Of a stretch of 64,000 nucleotides of DNA, positions 8,451 to 18,104 are shown piece after piece. Positions within the stretch are counted from its first letter, which is position 1. Every line of letters starts with the position of its first letter. The notes under the pieces were generated by a model, which worked only from the letters and a program-made list of their open reading frames with translations, was not told the DNA's origin and did no database searches. The stretch covers positions 1,024,001 through 1,088,000 of the forward strand of contig CAXXQS010000001.1 in NCBI GenBank assembly GCA_963674735.2, in the 5' to 3' direction. Made by a program: the position numbers and the translations under genes. This DNA comes from Myxococcota bacterium (GTDB lineage Bacteria; Myxococcota_A; SURF-8).

Positions 8451-9506
8451 ATGATGTTTCCATCGAGAATGTGGGGGCTGGCGCTTCTGGCTACAATGCT
8501 GGTTTTACTAGCGTTGCCGGGCTGTCAGGGTGAGGATGACGACGAATCCATGTCGCCTGATGACGGAGATCTGGAGTTGGTGGACGGCGACCGAGATTTG
8601 GATTTTTCCGATGCCGAGTTCGATTCGGAACCGGAAGCCGATTCCGACCTCGATGGTGATGCCGATGAGGCTCCATTATCCGATGGCGATTTGGAAGAGA
8701 GCGGTTGTATCCAAGACCCCGAACGTGATCTCGATCCGGTTGAACAGGATGAGCCGGATGGCGATGTCGATTCCGAAATCGACGCAGACCCGGATCCGCA
8801 AGAATGCGATGGTACTGATTCCGAAATGGATGATGAGTCGGATGCCGATCCGATGGAAGCCGATTCCGAGACGGAAATCGAGGAAGAAAATGATCCTTGT
8901 CCCTTTACCGATATGGTGCTGATGGGTGATGACTCGTGTATGGACCGTTATGAAGCTTCACGATCCGATGCCACGGCATCGTCCGGTGGCATTCAAACCG
9001 GGGCTGCCCAAAATGTGGCGGGGGTTATTCCATGGACTCCGGTGACATTGTCTCAGGCGAGAGGAGCCTGCCAACTGGCGGGAAAGCGGTTGTGTGGTCC
9101 GGCGGAATGGGTGTCGGCCTGCCGCGGGAAAGATCTGTTGATTTACACATATGGGAATACTTACGATGCCGCTATCTGTAATGGCATCGATACATTCTGT
9201 CATTGCGGTGCAGGTTCCGCCTGCGAAGACGAACCGGTGTGTCCGTTTCCAAATTGCCGACAGACCTGCGGTGCGGCTTTCCATGTTATGCCGACCGGCG
9301 CGTTTCCGGATTGCCATAATCTCGAGGGGGTGATGGATCTGAACGGCAATGTATGGGAAATCGTGGATCTCGATGACGGATACGAGCATTTTCGTGGGGG
9401 TGCCTACAACTGTGGTGATTCCGAGACATTGCATCGCTGTGATTATGATGCCACCTGGGGACCATCCGCCAAAGGTTTTCGCTGCTGTGCCGATCCATCC
9501 GATTAG
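8451..9506 (+). CDS. Lipoprotein with long acidic DGD stalk and FGE/SUMF1 (C-type lectin fold) domain
   Basis: Lipobox LPG-C, about 120 aa D/E-rich region, then MDRYEAS..GKRLC..EW..AC..DLNGNVWE..RGG..GFRCC. Start may be 8430. Confidence 0.8.
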   Translation: MMFPSRMWGLALLATMLVLLALPGCQGEDDDESMSPDDGDLELVDGDRDLDFSDAEFDSEPEADSDLDGDADEAPLSDGDLEESGCIQDPERDLDPVEQDEPDGDVDSEIDADPDPQECDGTDSEMDDESDADPMEADSETEIEEENDPCPFTDMVLMGDDSCMDRYEASRSDATASSGGIQTGAAQNVAGVIPWTPVTLSQARGACQLAGKRLCGPAEWVSACRGKDLLIYTYGNTYDAAICNGIDTFCHCGAGSACEDEPVCPFPNCRQTCGAAFHVMPTGAFPDCHNLEGVMDLNGNVWEIVDLDDGYEHFRGGAYNCGDSETLHRCDYDATWGPSAKGFRCCADPSD

Positions 9507-9534
9507 ACGCGAATCCGGCTTGTCGAGAGAAGGA

Positions 9535-10878
9535 TTATGTCAATTCGGGAGCAGCTGCCAGTGTGCGCCAGCGTAAAAGCAGCAGAATCATGGTTTCGGA
9601 TACGTTGGCCACGATCCACATGACCACCGCTACCGTAGCCCCGACGGCCAAAACGTCCTTCAGCAACACGCCCGACAATCCCGCTGATAGCAGGCAGATG
9701 ACCGATGATCCCAGAACATCGCCCGGACGATGATCGCGGATGGCTGCTCCGCGCAAATAAGTGCGAGTGCTGAGTGTGAGCGGAATCAGAGGTGTGAGAC
9801 AAAGTGCGGCGCTTGCGGCTGTCAAAGCTGCACCGGATAGGCCGATCAGGTCACCCATCAGCCATACACCGATCGATGTGAAAGAGACCAGAGCCAGCAG
9901 GACCGTCAGGCCTACCGTCAGCAGGGCGGCAAAGTGGGCAGTGTGACGGCGCTCTTCAAGCGTGTTGCCGCGTGCGATAACCAACTGCTGGAAGGCCAAC
10001 ACGATGGATGCCAGGAACCAGGCTACCGAACGGACAACGGAAAAAGCCGATACGGCCATTTCTCCATCTTGGGTGCGGGTGAGAACGGCGTTTGTGACGA
10101 TACCGATGCTCACTGCGAACAACCCGGAGACGAGAATCGGCGAAACGAAGCGCGTGATAGCTCTGTAAGAAGCTCCCACATCAACCGCCTCATCCCCTGG
10201 AAGTTTGTGGGCATGCCGCTTGGCTCCAATCCAAACAAACAGGGATTCCGATAAAATTCCCATGCCAAAGGCCAGGGCGCCGAGGATCGGTCCGGGAACG
10301 GGGAGTCCCCAGGCCCCTAGCAGAGTGACAACGATCATGGCTAGAAGTCGCAAAAGTGTGCCCCAGCCGACGAGCGAGGTCTTGCCGACGCCGGTAAGCA
10401 AGCCGCGACCGATAGAGCGGATGGACAGGAGAAAAGGGAGAGGTGAAAAGCAGATTAGCGTTTGTGAAGCCATCTCGGCTAGAGGTTTGTCGACTCCGAA
10501 AAAACCGACGAACACGGCGTGTCCCAAGGGTGTGATCCCAACCATCAGTTGAATGCAAGAGAGTGCGAGTCCTAAAGATACAGCGAAAACGGTGACTCGC
10601 CGGCGTGATTGCGGCCCGCGTATCAACTTGACGGCGGCTGGTTCGAGTCCGAAGCACAAACTATTCAGAAAAACCGAAAAAGCGAAAGCGATCGCAAAGG
10701 CAGCCAGGCCCGATACCGGGTCGGGACGTCGGGCAATACCGGCGTTTACGATGGGGGTGCCACCGGCCATCATGATGTGAGTCAACGCCAAGGGCAGGTA
10801 AAAAACGAATAATTCTTTCAGGGGGGCTGTGTCAAAAAAAGATGACGAGTGCTTGCGATTGCTGGAAGGGGAAATCAT
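9535..10878 (-). CDS. ANKH-like / MATE (MOP superfamily) membrane transporter
   Basis: About 12 hydrophobic segments in two repeated halves. The N-terminus FYLPLALTHIMM..PIVNAGIAR resembles ANKH as I recall it. ATG 10878 lies 11 nt after the Omp85 stop. Confidence 0.7.
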   Translation of the reverse strand: MISPSSNRKHSSSFFDTAPLKELFVFYLPLALTHIMMAGGTPIVNAGIARRPDPVSGLAAFAIAFAFSVFLNSLCFGLEPAAVKLIRGPQSRRRVTVFAVSLGLALSCIQLMVGITPLGHAVFVGFFGVDKPLAEMASQTLICFSPLPFLLSIRSIGRGLLTGVGKTSLVGWGTLLRLLAMIVVTLLGAWGLPVPGPILGALAFGMGILSESLFVWIGAKRHAHKLPGDEAVDVGASYRAITRFVSPILVSGLFAVSIGIVTNAVLTRTQDGEMAVSAFSVVRSVAWFLASIVLAFQQLVIARGNTLEERRHTAHFAALLTVGLTVLLALVSFTSIGVWLMGDLIGLSGAALTAASAALCLTPLIPLTLSTRTYLRGAAIRDHRPGDVLGSSVICLLSAGLSGVLLKDVLAVGATVAVVMWIVANVSETMILLLLRWRTLAAAPELT

Positions 10879-10889
10879 GGAACTTCTTC

Positions 10890-13800
10890 TTAAAACAAAC
10901 TGATTGAGAAATGGAAACGCCAATTGTCTTCGTGGAGCTCTTTATCGGGATTGAGATTCCAGCCGATTTCCAGGCTGATATCTCCAACGGGAGTGCGGTA
11001 ATGCAAGCCACCGCCTGCCGAGCTTTTATAGCGGTCGAGACGGAAATCGATATGGTCCGGATCGATCCACAAACTGCCAGAGTCGACGAAAGCTCCGGCA
11101 TAATAGCTTTTATAAACCGGAATGCGGAAGTCGGCCTTTAACAGCGTAAAGGCATCGCCGCCCTCCGAGGGAGTGTCGTAGGTGTAAACCGACTGACGTG
11201 CCTCATCCGATAAGTCGGCGGGATGTATGGCCTCTTCTCCAAAACCGCGCAACGAGGTGCGACCGCCCAACTTGAAACGCTTATCTACCGGAGTGTTAGC
11301 GCTTGAAATATTGTTGATAACACCAATATTGGCGCTGAGACGCAAAACGCTGGGTTGACGGGTGATCGGAATGGGAATGTAGCCCGTCAGCGAGCCTTTG
11401 CTGCGGAAAAGATCGTAGTTTTTGTCACCGAGCAGTGTTTCGAAATACTCGCCCAAACCACTGATGACAACACCCCAAGTGGGATTAAACACACTATCGC
11501 GGAAATCGAAAATAGCTTGGAGCTTGGGAGAAATTTCCCAGGTTTGACCATCTTCGGGGATGAATTCGTTAGCGCGGATCGCTTCGAATCCAGTGGTGAC
11601 CGAATCGACGTAAGCAAATTCGTTGATTTGCGCCAGAGTCAGATACGGGATGTATTCGGTATCGAAGGCCAGGATGAAGGCATTTTTATCCAGACCATAA
11701 GCGCGTTGCTGGCTGCGCAAGTGCAGCAAATCCGTTCGAATACCGATTTTCGATCCCATCATACTGGGATGGTAAAAACCGACGGTAATTTCCCGCTCCA
11801 GGGAATCGATAACACTTAAGTCATCATACAAAGAGGCGAACTGATCGTCCAGCAGTGCCGGTATGCGGTGGTTGACTTTGGCGCGCAGGTGGAATTCCAG
11901 TGCGCTGCCGAACAGGTTTCGATAGATGAATAAAGTGCCGAATCGTACGCCTTTGTCAGTGGCGATTCCGCCCGACAATTCAAAGCGGCCCGGAGGACGC
12001 TCGCTTACCGATACCACCACTTTCTTTTCCGCTTCCTCTTTCTCCGGTTTCCACGGTTTAACCGTCACCATCTGGAAAATGCCCAGACGCTGAACCCATT
12101 CACGACTGGCAGACATGTCTTTGGGAGTGAGGATGTCGCCATGTTCGAAAGTCAGTTCACGCAGCACCGTCTCGGCACGCGTGCGTTTCAACCCGCTGAC
12201 CAACATGCCGCTGACACGCACCTGGGGGCCTTCGCGAACGGCCAGCATCACATCCGCCAGCCGATGGTCTGGAGTCAGGGTGTAGCTGAGATCCGCTTCT
12301 GCGTAAATCCTTCCTTCGCCAGCGTAAGCGTCACGGATGCGGCGCTGGGCTGCGTCGAAGGCGAGATCGTTGAGCGGTTGCCCAGCTCTGAAACCGAGAA
12401 GCTTGGCCAGACGCCGTTCATCAAGTGTGGATACTCCAAAAATGTTGATTGCACGGATGAAGGTTTGAACTCCTTCATTGACCGTGTAGTGGACTCGCAG
12501 GCGTTGGCCGGTTTCATTGACTTTCAACGCCGGTCGGCTGATTCGGGTGGAGAGGAAACCGTTTTCTCTGTAAAATTGGGTTAGTGCGCGTATCCCATCT
12601 TCGTAAACCGTTGGAATGAAAACTTCGTCGCTGTCCAGACGCTCGGGTCGGGCAAAAGTGGGTTTTTCCCACGCCGGATATCGATTGGCTCGTTCTTCGA
12701 TCCGGTAGATGCTGCGGCGCATAGCCTCGAACGCGGGAGGTTTCAGGCTGTCTTCGTCTTCTTCCACCAGGCGGTCACGCACGAAAGCGAAAAGCTCATC
12801 CTTCAGTTGCTTGCTTTTGAAATGCCAGGTTTCATGGAAAGTCACATCGGTCAGTTTGGTTCGTGTGCCTTCGTGGATTAGGAAGAATACCCGTTTAAGC
12901 CGTTTTCCTTCTAAATCAGTTTGAGGTCGAACTTTGACGTGCAGATAGCCTTCGCGTCGGTAAAAATCGGTCAGGGTTTTCTGGATCCGTTCAAGTGTGG
13001 CGTAATTGTAGGTGAAAACTTCGGGAATCTCGTTCGCAATAGCCGCCTTCAACTCGTTGGGACTATAGTGCTCATTGCCATGGAAAGCTACACGCACACG
13101 CCGCCCCGCTTTAATCGACAGACGTAATTGGCCTTTCGTAAGCAACCTCGATGTCTGCCAGTCAGACTCATCAGCATCCAGGATCGCAATGGTGGTCTCG
13201 GCAAAACCCTCGGCGACGTACTCGCTTCTCAATTGTTTGACGGCTTTCGTGAACGTATCGAGGTCAATACGATCGCCTTTGCGCAACGGAAGCTTGCGTG
13301 CGAGCCAGCGTTTCGGGAAATAGGGATCCCCAAGGAAGCGAATCGAATTGATTGTCACCGGTTCGCCTTCGGTAATCAGATAGCGGATAGTCGTATGGTA
13401 GGGGCTGTGTTGAGGTCGTGATTCGGCCTGTATGGCGGCATCGATGAAACCGTGACGTCGATACAAAACGTTCAACCGTTCGATTTCCTTTTTGAGATCA
13501 TCCGGGAAGACCGTATCGTCTTTGCGGAGCCGCAGAGCACGCGTGAGAATATCGTCGGATAGGGAGTCATTCCCGATGAATTTCAGATCGGAAATGCGGG
13601 TTGTGGGAATGAGCTCAAAACGCAGATCGATGATATTCTCATGCATTTCACCGAAAGCACGCACCTGCGCGAAAAGATCCCGCTCGTAAAGTGTTTGGAT
13701 GGCGTCGCGCAGCATCTCTTCGCTGAATGGCTGACCGGTTTTGACGGAAAGGGTGTCTTTAAATTCCAGGATCTGCTCGTGAAAGGTGGGGTTGATCGAA

Positions 13801-13976
13801 GATCCTGGGGTGTCGAGCGTAACCGAACCCACCGTCAATTCTTGGTTTTGCCCCATGAGAGGTGAGCCGCCCAAGACATACCCGAGTAGGCAGAGAACGC
13901 ACACAAGCCATGCACTTCGCCGCCATACGGGAGTGCCGGTTGACCGGATTGTGTGCCTGAGCGCCGTCACCTTCAT
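10890..13976 (-). CDS. Omp85-family (BamA/TamA-like) outer membrane protein with multiple POTRA domains
   Basis: Signal peptide, repeated POTRA motifs (Y...G(F/Y), I.EG), LGGRTSLRGF loop, TPVGDI, terminal Phe. Confidence 0.9.
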   Translation of the reverse strand: MKVTALRHTIRSTGTPVWRRSAWLVCVLCLLGYVLGGSPLMGQNQELTVGSVTLDTPGSSINPTFHEQILEFKDTLSVKTGQPFSEEMLRDAIQTLYERDLFAQVRAFGEMHENIIDLRFELIPTTRISDLKFIGNDSLSDDILTRALRLRKDDTVFPDDLKKEIERLNVLYRRHGFIDAAIQAESRPQHSPYHTTIRYLITEGEPVTINSIRFLGDPYFPKRWLARKLPLRKGDRIDLDTFTKAVKQLRSEYVAEGFAETTIAILDADESDWQTSRLLTKGQLRLSIKAGRRVRVAFHGNEHYSPNELKAAIANEIPEVFTYNYATLERIQKTLTDFYRREGYLHVKVRPQTDLEGKRLKRVFFLIHEGTRTKLTDVTFHETWHFKSKQLKDELFAFVRDRLVEEDEDSLKPPAFEAMRRSIYRIEERANRYPAWEKPTFARPERLDSDEVFIPTVYEDGIRALTQFYRENGFLSTRISRPALKVNETGQRLRVHYTVNEGVQTFIRAINIFGVSTLDERRLAKLLGFRAGQPLNDLAFDAAQRRIRDAYAGEGRIYAEADLSYTLTPDHRLADVMLAVREGPQVRVSGMLVSGLKRTRAETVLRELTFEHGDILTPKDMSASREWVQRLGIFQMVTVKPWKPEKEEAEKKVVVSVSERPPGRFELSGGIATDKGVRFGTLFIYRNLFGSALEFHLRAKVNHRIPALLDDQFASLYDDLSVIDSLEREITVGFYHPSMMGSKIGIRTDLLHLRSQQRAYGLDKNAFILAFDTEYIPYLTLAQINEFAYVDSVTTGFEAIRANEFIPEDGQTWEISPKLQAIFDFRDSVFNPTWGVVISGLGEYFETLLGDKNYDLFRSKGSLTGYIPIPITRQPSVLRLSANIGVINNISSANTPVDKRFKLGGRTSLRGFGEEAIHPADLSDEARQSVYTYDTPSEGGDAFTLLKADFRIPVYKSYYAGAFVDSGSLWIDPDHIDFRLDRYKSSAGGGLHYRTPVGDISLEIGWNLNPDKELHEDNWRFHFSISLF

Positions 13977-13996
13977 GTCCCTGAATGAGTTACAAG

Positions 13997-16900
13997 TTAG
14001 AAATCGAGGTGGAATTTCAGATCGGCGCCGAAATTGCCGTAAGGCTCTAGCGAATCGTTATCCCACGCACCGGATAACGTAAAGTATTTTAGTCGGTATT
14101 TCAATTCAAACTGCTGATCGCCTCGTTGTTGTTGGATGCCCAGAGTGGTTGTGTAGGTTAAGTAGACTTTATCCGTAATTTCTTTGCCGATTACCAATTT
14201 GGAGACCAATGAACCTCCGTTGGACGGGTTGGAATTATCATATTCACTGGTAAGACGGAATTCATCAAGTTTGAACTGAGTGCGGATTTGGTCGTCTACG
14301 CCGTAAATGTCGGAGAGGGCATTCAAGCCTGCAGCGGCGGTTGCATCGTTTTGGCTTTTGCTGGTTGGTTGACCCACGAGTAAAAGAGAGACGATGTCGG
14401 CTTGCGGCAATCCGGCATCGGAACTGAGCTTGACTTCAGGGTTGTCCATATCGCCACTAAGATGCAAGGTGATCAGAACATCTCGTTCCTGGTTCGTGTC
14501 GATATATTTCACATGCGTTTCAGCGACGATGTCATAGCGGGGGACAATTGCGTTCGTATCGGTGAATTCCACCACGAAACGAATTACATCGAATTCGTTA
14601 TGCTCGAAATAAATGGTTCCCCGATCAGTGGAAAGGGTATTTAGCAGGCCCGGCTGCTGGTTGGTGCCGGTCAGAACAAGGTCGGAGGTGAGAAACAAGC
14701 TGGCCAGGTTGTTGCGCACCTGAATGGTGCGGTCCCCTTTCAGATCGATGTTGAAGGTCAGGTGGGGATCAGGCTTCTCGGTGTGCCAAGCCTTGCGAGG
14801 TTTGAGAGCTTGAACCACGCGATCGAGAATGAGTTGTTTTTGCCAGCGGATGGACTTGGTGTAAGTCAGATCGTCAACGTTCAATCGGCCGCTCACGTTT
14901 AGCGGCCAAGGCTCGCCGGTTATGTGCAAAGGACCGGAAAGGATCGGGAGCAATCCGTCGTCCAGACGATATCCGATGCGGTCCACATTCATTCTGATAT
15001 CCGTTTTCCCCATCCCTTCGTTGACCCAATCAATTTCCGTGTGGCCATTCAAAACTGCTTGTCCACCTCCGTAATTGAACGATACATCCCTGAGTTCGAG
15101 TTGGTCGGCACTGAAAAGGACCGTTCCTCTACAGCCGCGCAGCGGTTCATCGAGCATGGATAGTTTGAATCGGGATTGCTGAAAAGCGGCCTCGCCTAAG
15201 ATGGATAAATCATTGAGTTTTCCGCTTAGTGAGAGGTTGAGTTGGACTTGTCCCTGGGCATCCTGAACCGCATCGGAAATGCGTGTAAGAAGAGACCAGT
15301 GGGCAGTTCCTTTAAGCAAAGCTTCGACACGGCCATTCACATCCATATTACCGCGTACTTGCAGTTTGGTCTGAGGTCCTTCCACCATCACCGGTTCCAG
15401 TTTGAAAAGCTGCTTTTCCAGCTCGATGGTCAGTGGGGACGTGATGGTGACCGGAATTTTTCCCAATTCCGCATCCAGTGTCGTGATGCGGGCCAAGCCG
15501 GTTCCGTCAGCCAGTTTATACATCGGACCCTTGAAATCGATTTTTCCGCTAAAGATCGATTTCTCAAGTGGAGCCTCGAATTGTTTGCGTAGGTAGAAGG
15601 AAGGATCGAATTCGTCTAGGCGGAGGGAGAGGTCCAGGCGGTCGGTGGCGTCAAACTGGAACAGGGCTGAATAGTCGGCTTGATGATTGAACAATTGGCC
15701 ATTGATATCCAGGTAACGCTTGCTAAGCTCGAAGTGTAGCTCTGAAGCCTCATAGGTTTTTCCGTCCAGGTTCATCGGATCCAAGAGCACTTGAGCTTGC
15801 AAGATAGGATCATCGAAGGTTCCAAGCAGCTTTCCACTTGCTTCCGCCGGACTGTCCGAATCGCCGAAGTAATCACGCAGGAAGTCGATGTCGCGCACCT
15901 GCCAGCCACTTGAATGGATGCGCATGTCAAGATCCCGATAATCGTGAATGAAACCATTTAAAAATAGCTGTGCATTGCCGTTTTTCAACTCGACCTGCCG
16001 GAATTCCAAATCTTTGTTTTCGAGCCGCATTTCGATTTTGGCGGAATTGAACGTTTGCTGCGGGGTGCTAAATTCCGGTAAGACGATTCGTGCTTCGCCG
16101 CGAAAATCGCCGAATTGTCCGGATAACACGCCAGTCCCGACCATGCGACCATCCAGAATGGGAGAAAGAGAGCGGTCGTAATGGATGATTTGCAGGAAAT
16201 CATCCACATAAAAGCCGTCGCTTCCGCCCCGCACATCGACGAATGTCGGTTTTTGCCGGAAATCGAACGCCACATCGGCATGGAAAATCGTGCGGTTATA
16301 AGTGGCTGTGGCATCGTTGAAGGCCAAATCATGACCTTGGAAAGCCACTTTGCTGGTTACATGGCCAAAGCGATGCCCTTCGATTTCCACCTCGTGCATA
16401 TCCAGCCAACCGTCCAAATGCGGGTTGCCGGAAGCTCCGTGCATTTCGCAGTATAAGGATCCTCGCCCGCTGAAGTCCGTATGCAAAAGCTGACCGACAT
16501 CGGCGATGGAGAACTGATCGGAGGCGAATTTGTAATCGAATTGGTTGTCGAAACCGAAATGGACATACACCGTGTTGAAGTAGGTTTCTCCAAACCAGAC
16601 CTCTCCGTTGGTGATGTCGAAAGCGTTGCGATCGGCTTTCAATCCCAGTTTTAGACGTCCTTTCGGGACCACTAAAATGATGTCTTCCTCAGTTCGTTCA
16701 TGGAAGCCGACGGAGGACACAACGTGGTCGGTTACGGTCAAATCGGCTTTGCCGCTCAAGTTAAGCGGGTTGAGGACGCCGGCCATTTCGATGGTGCCGG
16801 TTTGGTTCTGTGTGACTTTGGAATGCAGGGGCGATACGTTATCCAGGATGTGCCCAAGTTCCACATGATCGAGTTTCAGACTGATAGCGGTCGACAGGGC

Positions 16901-18037
16901 GTCATCGAAGGCGATGCGCCCATTTTCCACGGTAATGGTACCTTGGGCATAACGGAATTCGCTGCCTTTTAGCTGCACTTCTTGTCGATCCGCAACAAAA
17001 CGGATATCGGCGTCCTCCAAAGGTCGGTCCTCGATCCACCCGTCACGCAATTCCAGCGTTCCGTTTACGCGCGGGTTACTCAACGAACCGCTAAAACTGG
17101 CCGATAGTTTCGTTTGGCCACGGAGTTTCGGCAAATCGGGGAGGGTGGTGGAAAGGCGTTCGAGGGGCAGGGCGAGGTCGATATGAAAGCGAGCCTGGCG
17201 GTTGTCGGAGTGCTGATAATCGCCTTCGAACTGCAGATCCACTTCCGGCAAAAACAGGCGGAGTTTCTGGACGGTGAGAGCTTGATCGGCGTATTGTGCA
17301 CGGGCGTGGATGAGGTTGATGGGAGCCACGATATCCTGGAAACGGATGGCGCCACTACCGGTCTCCATTCGAAGAGCGTAACCTCCATCCTGATAATCCG
17401 CTCGGAGGTTGATTCCGTTTAGTTCGCTTGGAGCCTCGTTCCCGGCCTGTAAGACCACCTCACCCTTTGAGACGATCAATTTGTTTATAATTAGAGTGAA
17501 GGGTAGGTCGAACCGATCGTAGTCGGGGTCGTTTTCCCCGGGAGAACCTAATGGCCGCTTGGCGAATAGATCCCAGTTCAGACGCGGTTTTTGAACCTCG
17601 ATTGACTCGATGGTCAAGCGGTTTCGAAGAAGTTGAAAGGGCTGGAAGACGATACGGATGGAATCTGCTTCGATATAGCCGCGTTGCGGGAAGTCGAGGC
17701 TGAGATTTTCCACAACCACGGCAGCGTCCCAAAAGTCCAAAGCAAGATCGGCGTGAACGATGGGGCCACCACCCTGTATGTAGATCAGGCGATTGACCAA
17801 TCCGATCAGGATGTCGGAACCGGAACGGGTGGTTAGAATGCCGAAAAGCAGTCCGATCCCCAGCAGCAGCATAACGAAGAAAAACAGCACGCGCCGTCGC
17901 ATACGCCGCATGCGCTCTCGTGCGGGGCGTCGGGGTGTAGGTGATGGCGTTTTCGATGGCCGTTTTGGCATATCGTGTGTCCGGCTCATTTGCGTGAACA
18001 GGGTCGCTGAGAGGGGAGCGTTGTCTTGATGTGACAC
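13997..18037 (-). CDS. tamB: TamB/AsmA-like translocation and assembly module protein
   Basis: Basic N-terminus plus a single TM, long beta-rich body, DUF490-like C-terminus (LSSDAGLPQADIVSLL, GKEITDKVYLTY, ..KFHLDF); directly upstream of Omp85. Start may be 17971. Confidence 0.82.
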   Translation of the reverse strand: MSHQDNAPLSATLFTQMSRTHDMPKRPSKTPSPTPRRPARERMRRMRRRVLFFFVMLLLGIGLLFGILTTRSGSDILIGLVNRLIYIQGGGPIVHADLALDFWDAAVVVENLSLDFPQRGYIEADSIRIVFQPFQLLRNRLTIESIEVQKPRLNWDLFAKRPLGSPGENDPDYDRFDLPFTLIINKLIVSKGEVVLQAGNEAPSELNGINLRADYQDGGYALRMETGSGAIRFQDIVAPINLIHARAQYADQALTVQKLRLFLPEVDLQFEGDYQHSDNRQARFHIDLALPLERLSTTLPDLPKLRGQTKLSASFSGSLSNPRVNGTLELRDGWIEDRPLEDADIRFVADRQEVQLKGSEFRYAQGTITVENGRIAFDDALSTAISLKLDHVELGHILDNVSPLHSKVTQNQTGTIEMAGVLNPLNLSGKADLTVTDHVVSSVGFHERTEEDIILVVPKGRLKLGLKADRNAFDITNGEVWFGETYFNTVYVHFGFDNQFDYKFASDQFSIADVGQLLHTDFSGRGSLYCEMHGASGNPHLDGWLDMHEVEIEGHRFGHVTSKVAFQGHDLAFNDATATYNRTIFHADVAFDFRQKPTFVDVRGGSDGFYVDDFLQIIHYDRSLSPILDGRMVGTGVLSGQFGDFRGEARIVLPEFSTPQQTFNSAKIEMRLENKDLEFRQVELKNGNAQLFLNGFIHDYRDLDMRIHSSGWQVRDIDFLRDYFGDSDSPAEASGKLLGTFDDPILQAQVLLDPMNLDGKTYEASELHFELSKRYLDINGQLFNHQADYSALFQFDATDRLDLSLRLDEFDPSFYLRKQFEAPLEKSIFSGKIDFKGPMYKLADGTGLARITTLDAELGKIPVTITSPLTIELEKQLFKLEPVMVEGPQTKLQVRGNMDVNGRVEALLKGTAHWSLLTRISDAVQDAQGQVQLNLSLSGKLNDLSILGEAAFQQSRFKLSMLDEPLRGCRGTVLFSADQLELRDVSFNYGGGQAVLNGHTEIDWVNEGMGKTDIRMNVDRIGYRLDDGLLPILSGPLHITGEPWPLNVSGRLNVDDLTYTKSIRWQKQLILDRVVQALKPRKAWHTEKPDPHLTFNIDLKGDRTIQVRNNLASLFLTSDLVLTGTNQQPGLLNTLSTDRGTIYFEHNEFDVIRFVVEFTDTNAIVPRYDIVAETHVKYIDTNQERDVLITLHLSGDMDNPEVKLSSDAGLPQADIVSLLLVGQPTSKSQNDATAAAGLNALSDIYGVDDQIRTQFKLDEFRLTSEYDNSNPSNGGSLVSKLVIGKEITDKVYLTYTTTLGIQQQRGDQQFELKYRLKYFTLSGAWDNDSLEPYGNFGADLKFHLDF

Positions 18038-18104
18038 ACAAACCCCTGGCGACAGAAGCTGAAATACTTGGTTATTTTAGCATATTTTCACGAATTGAGG
18101 TCCA

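Noticed and set aside
9330-9506. DGR variable region in the C-type-lectin-fold FGE domain
   Set aside because: I saw no template repeat or reverse transcriptase in the window; a remote DGR cannot be excluded without a genome search.
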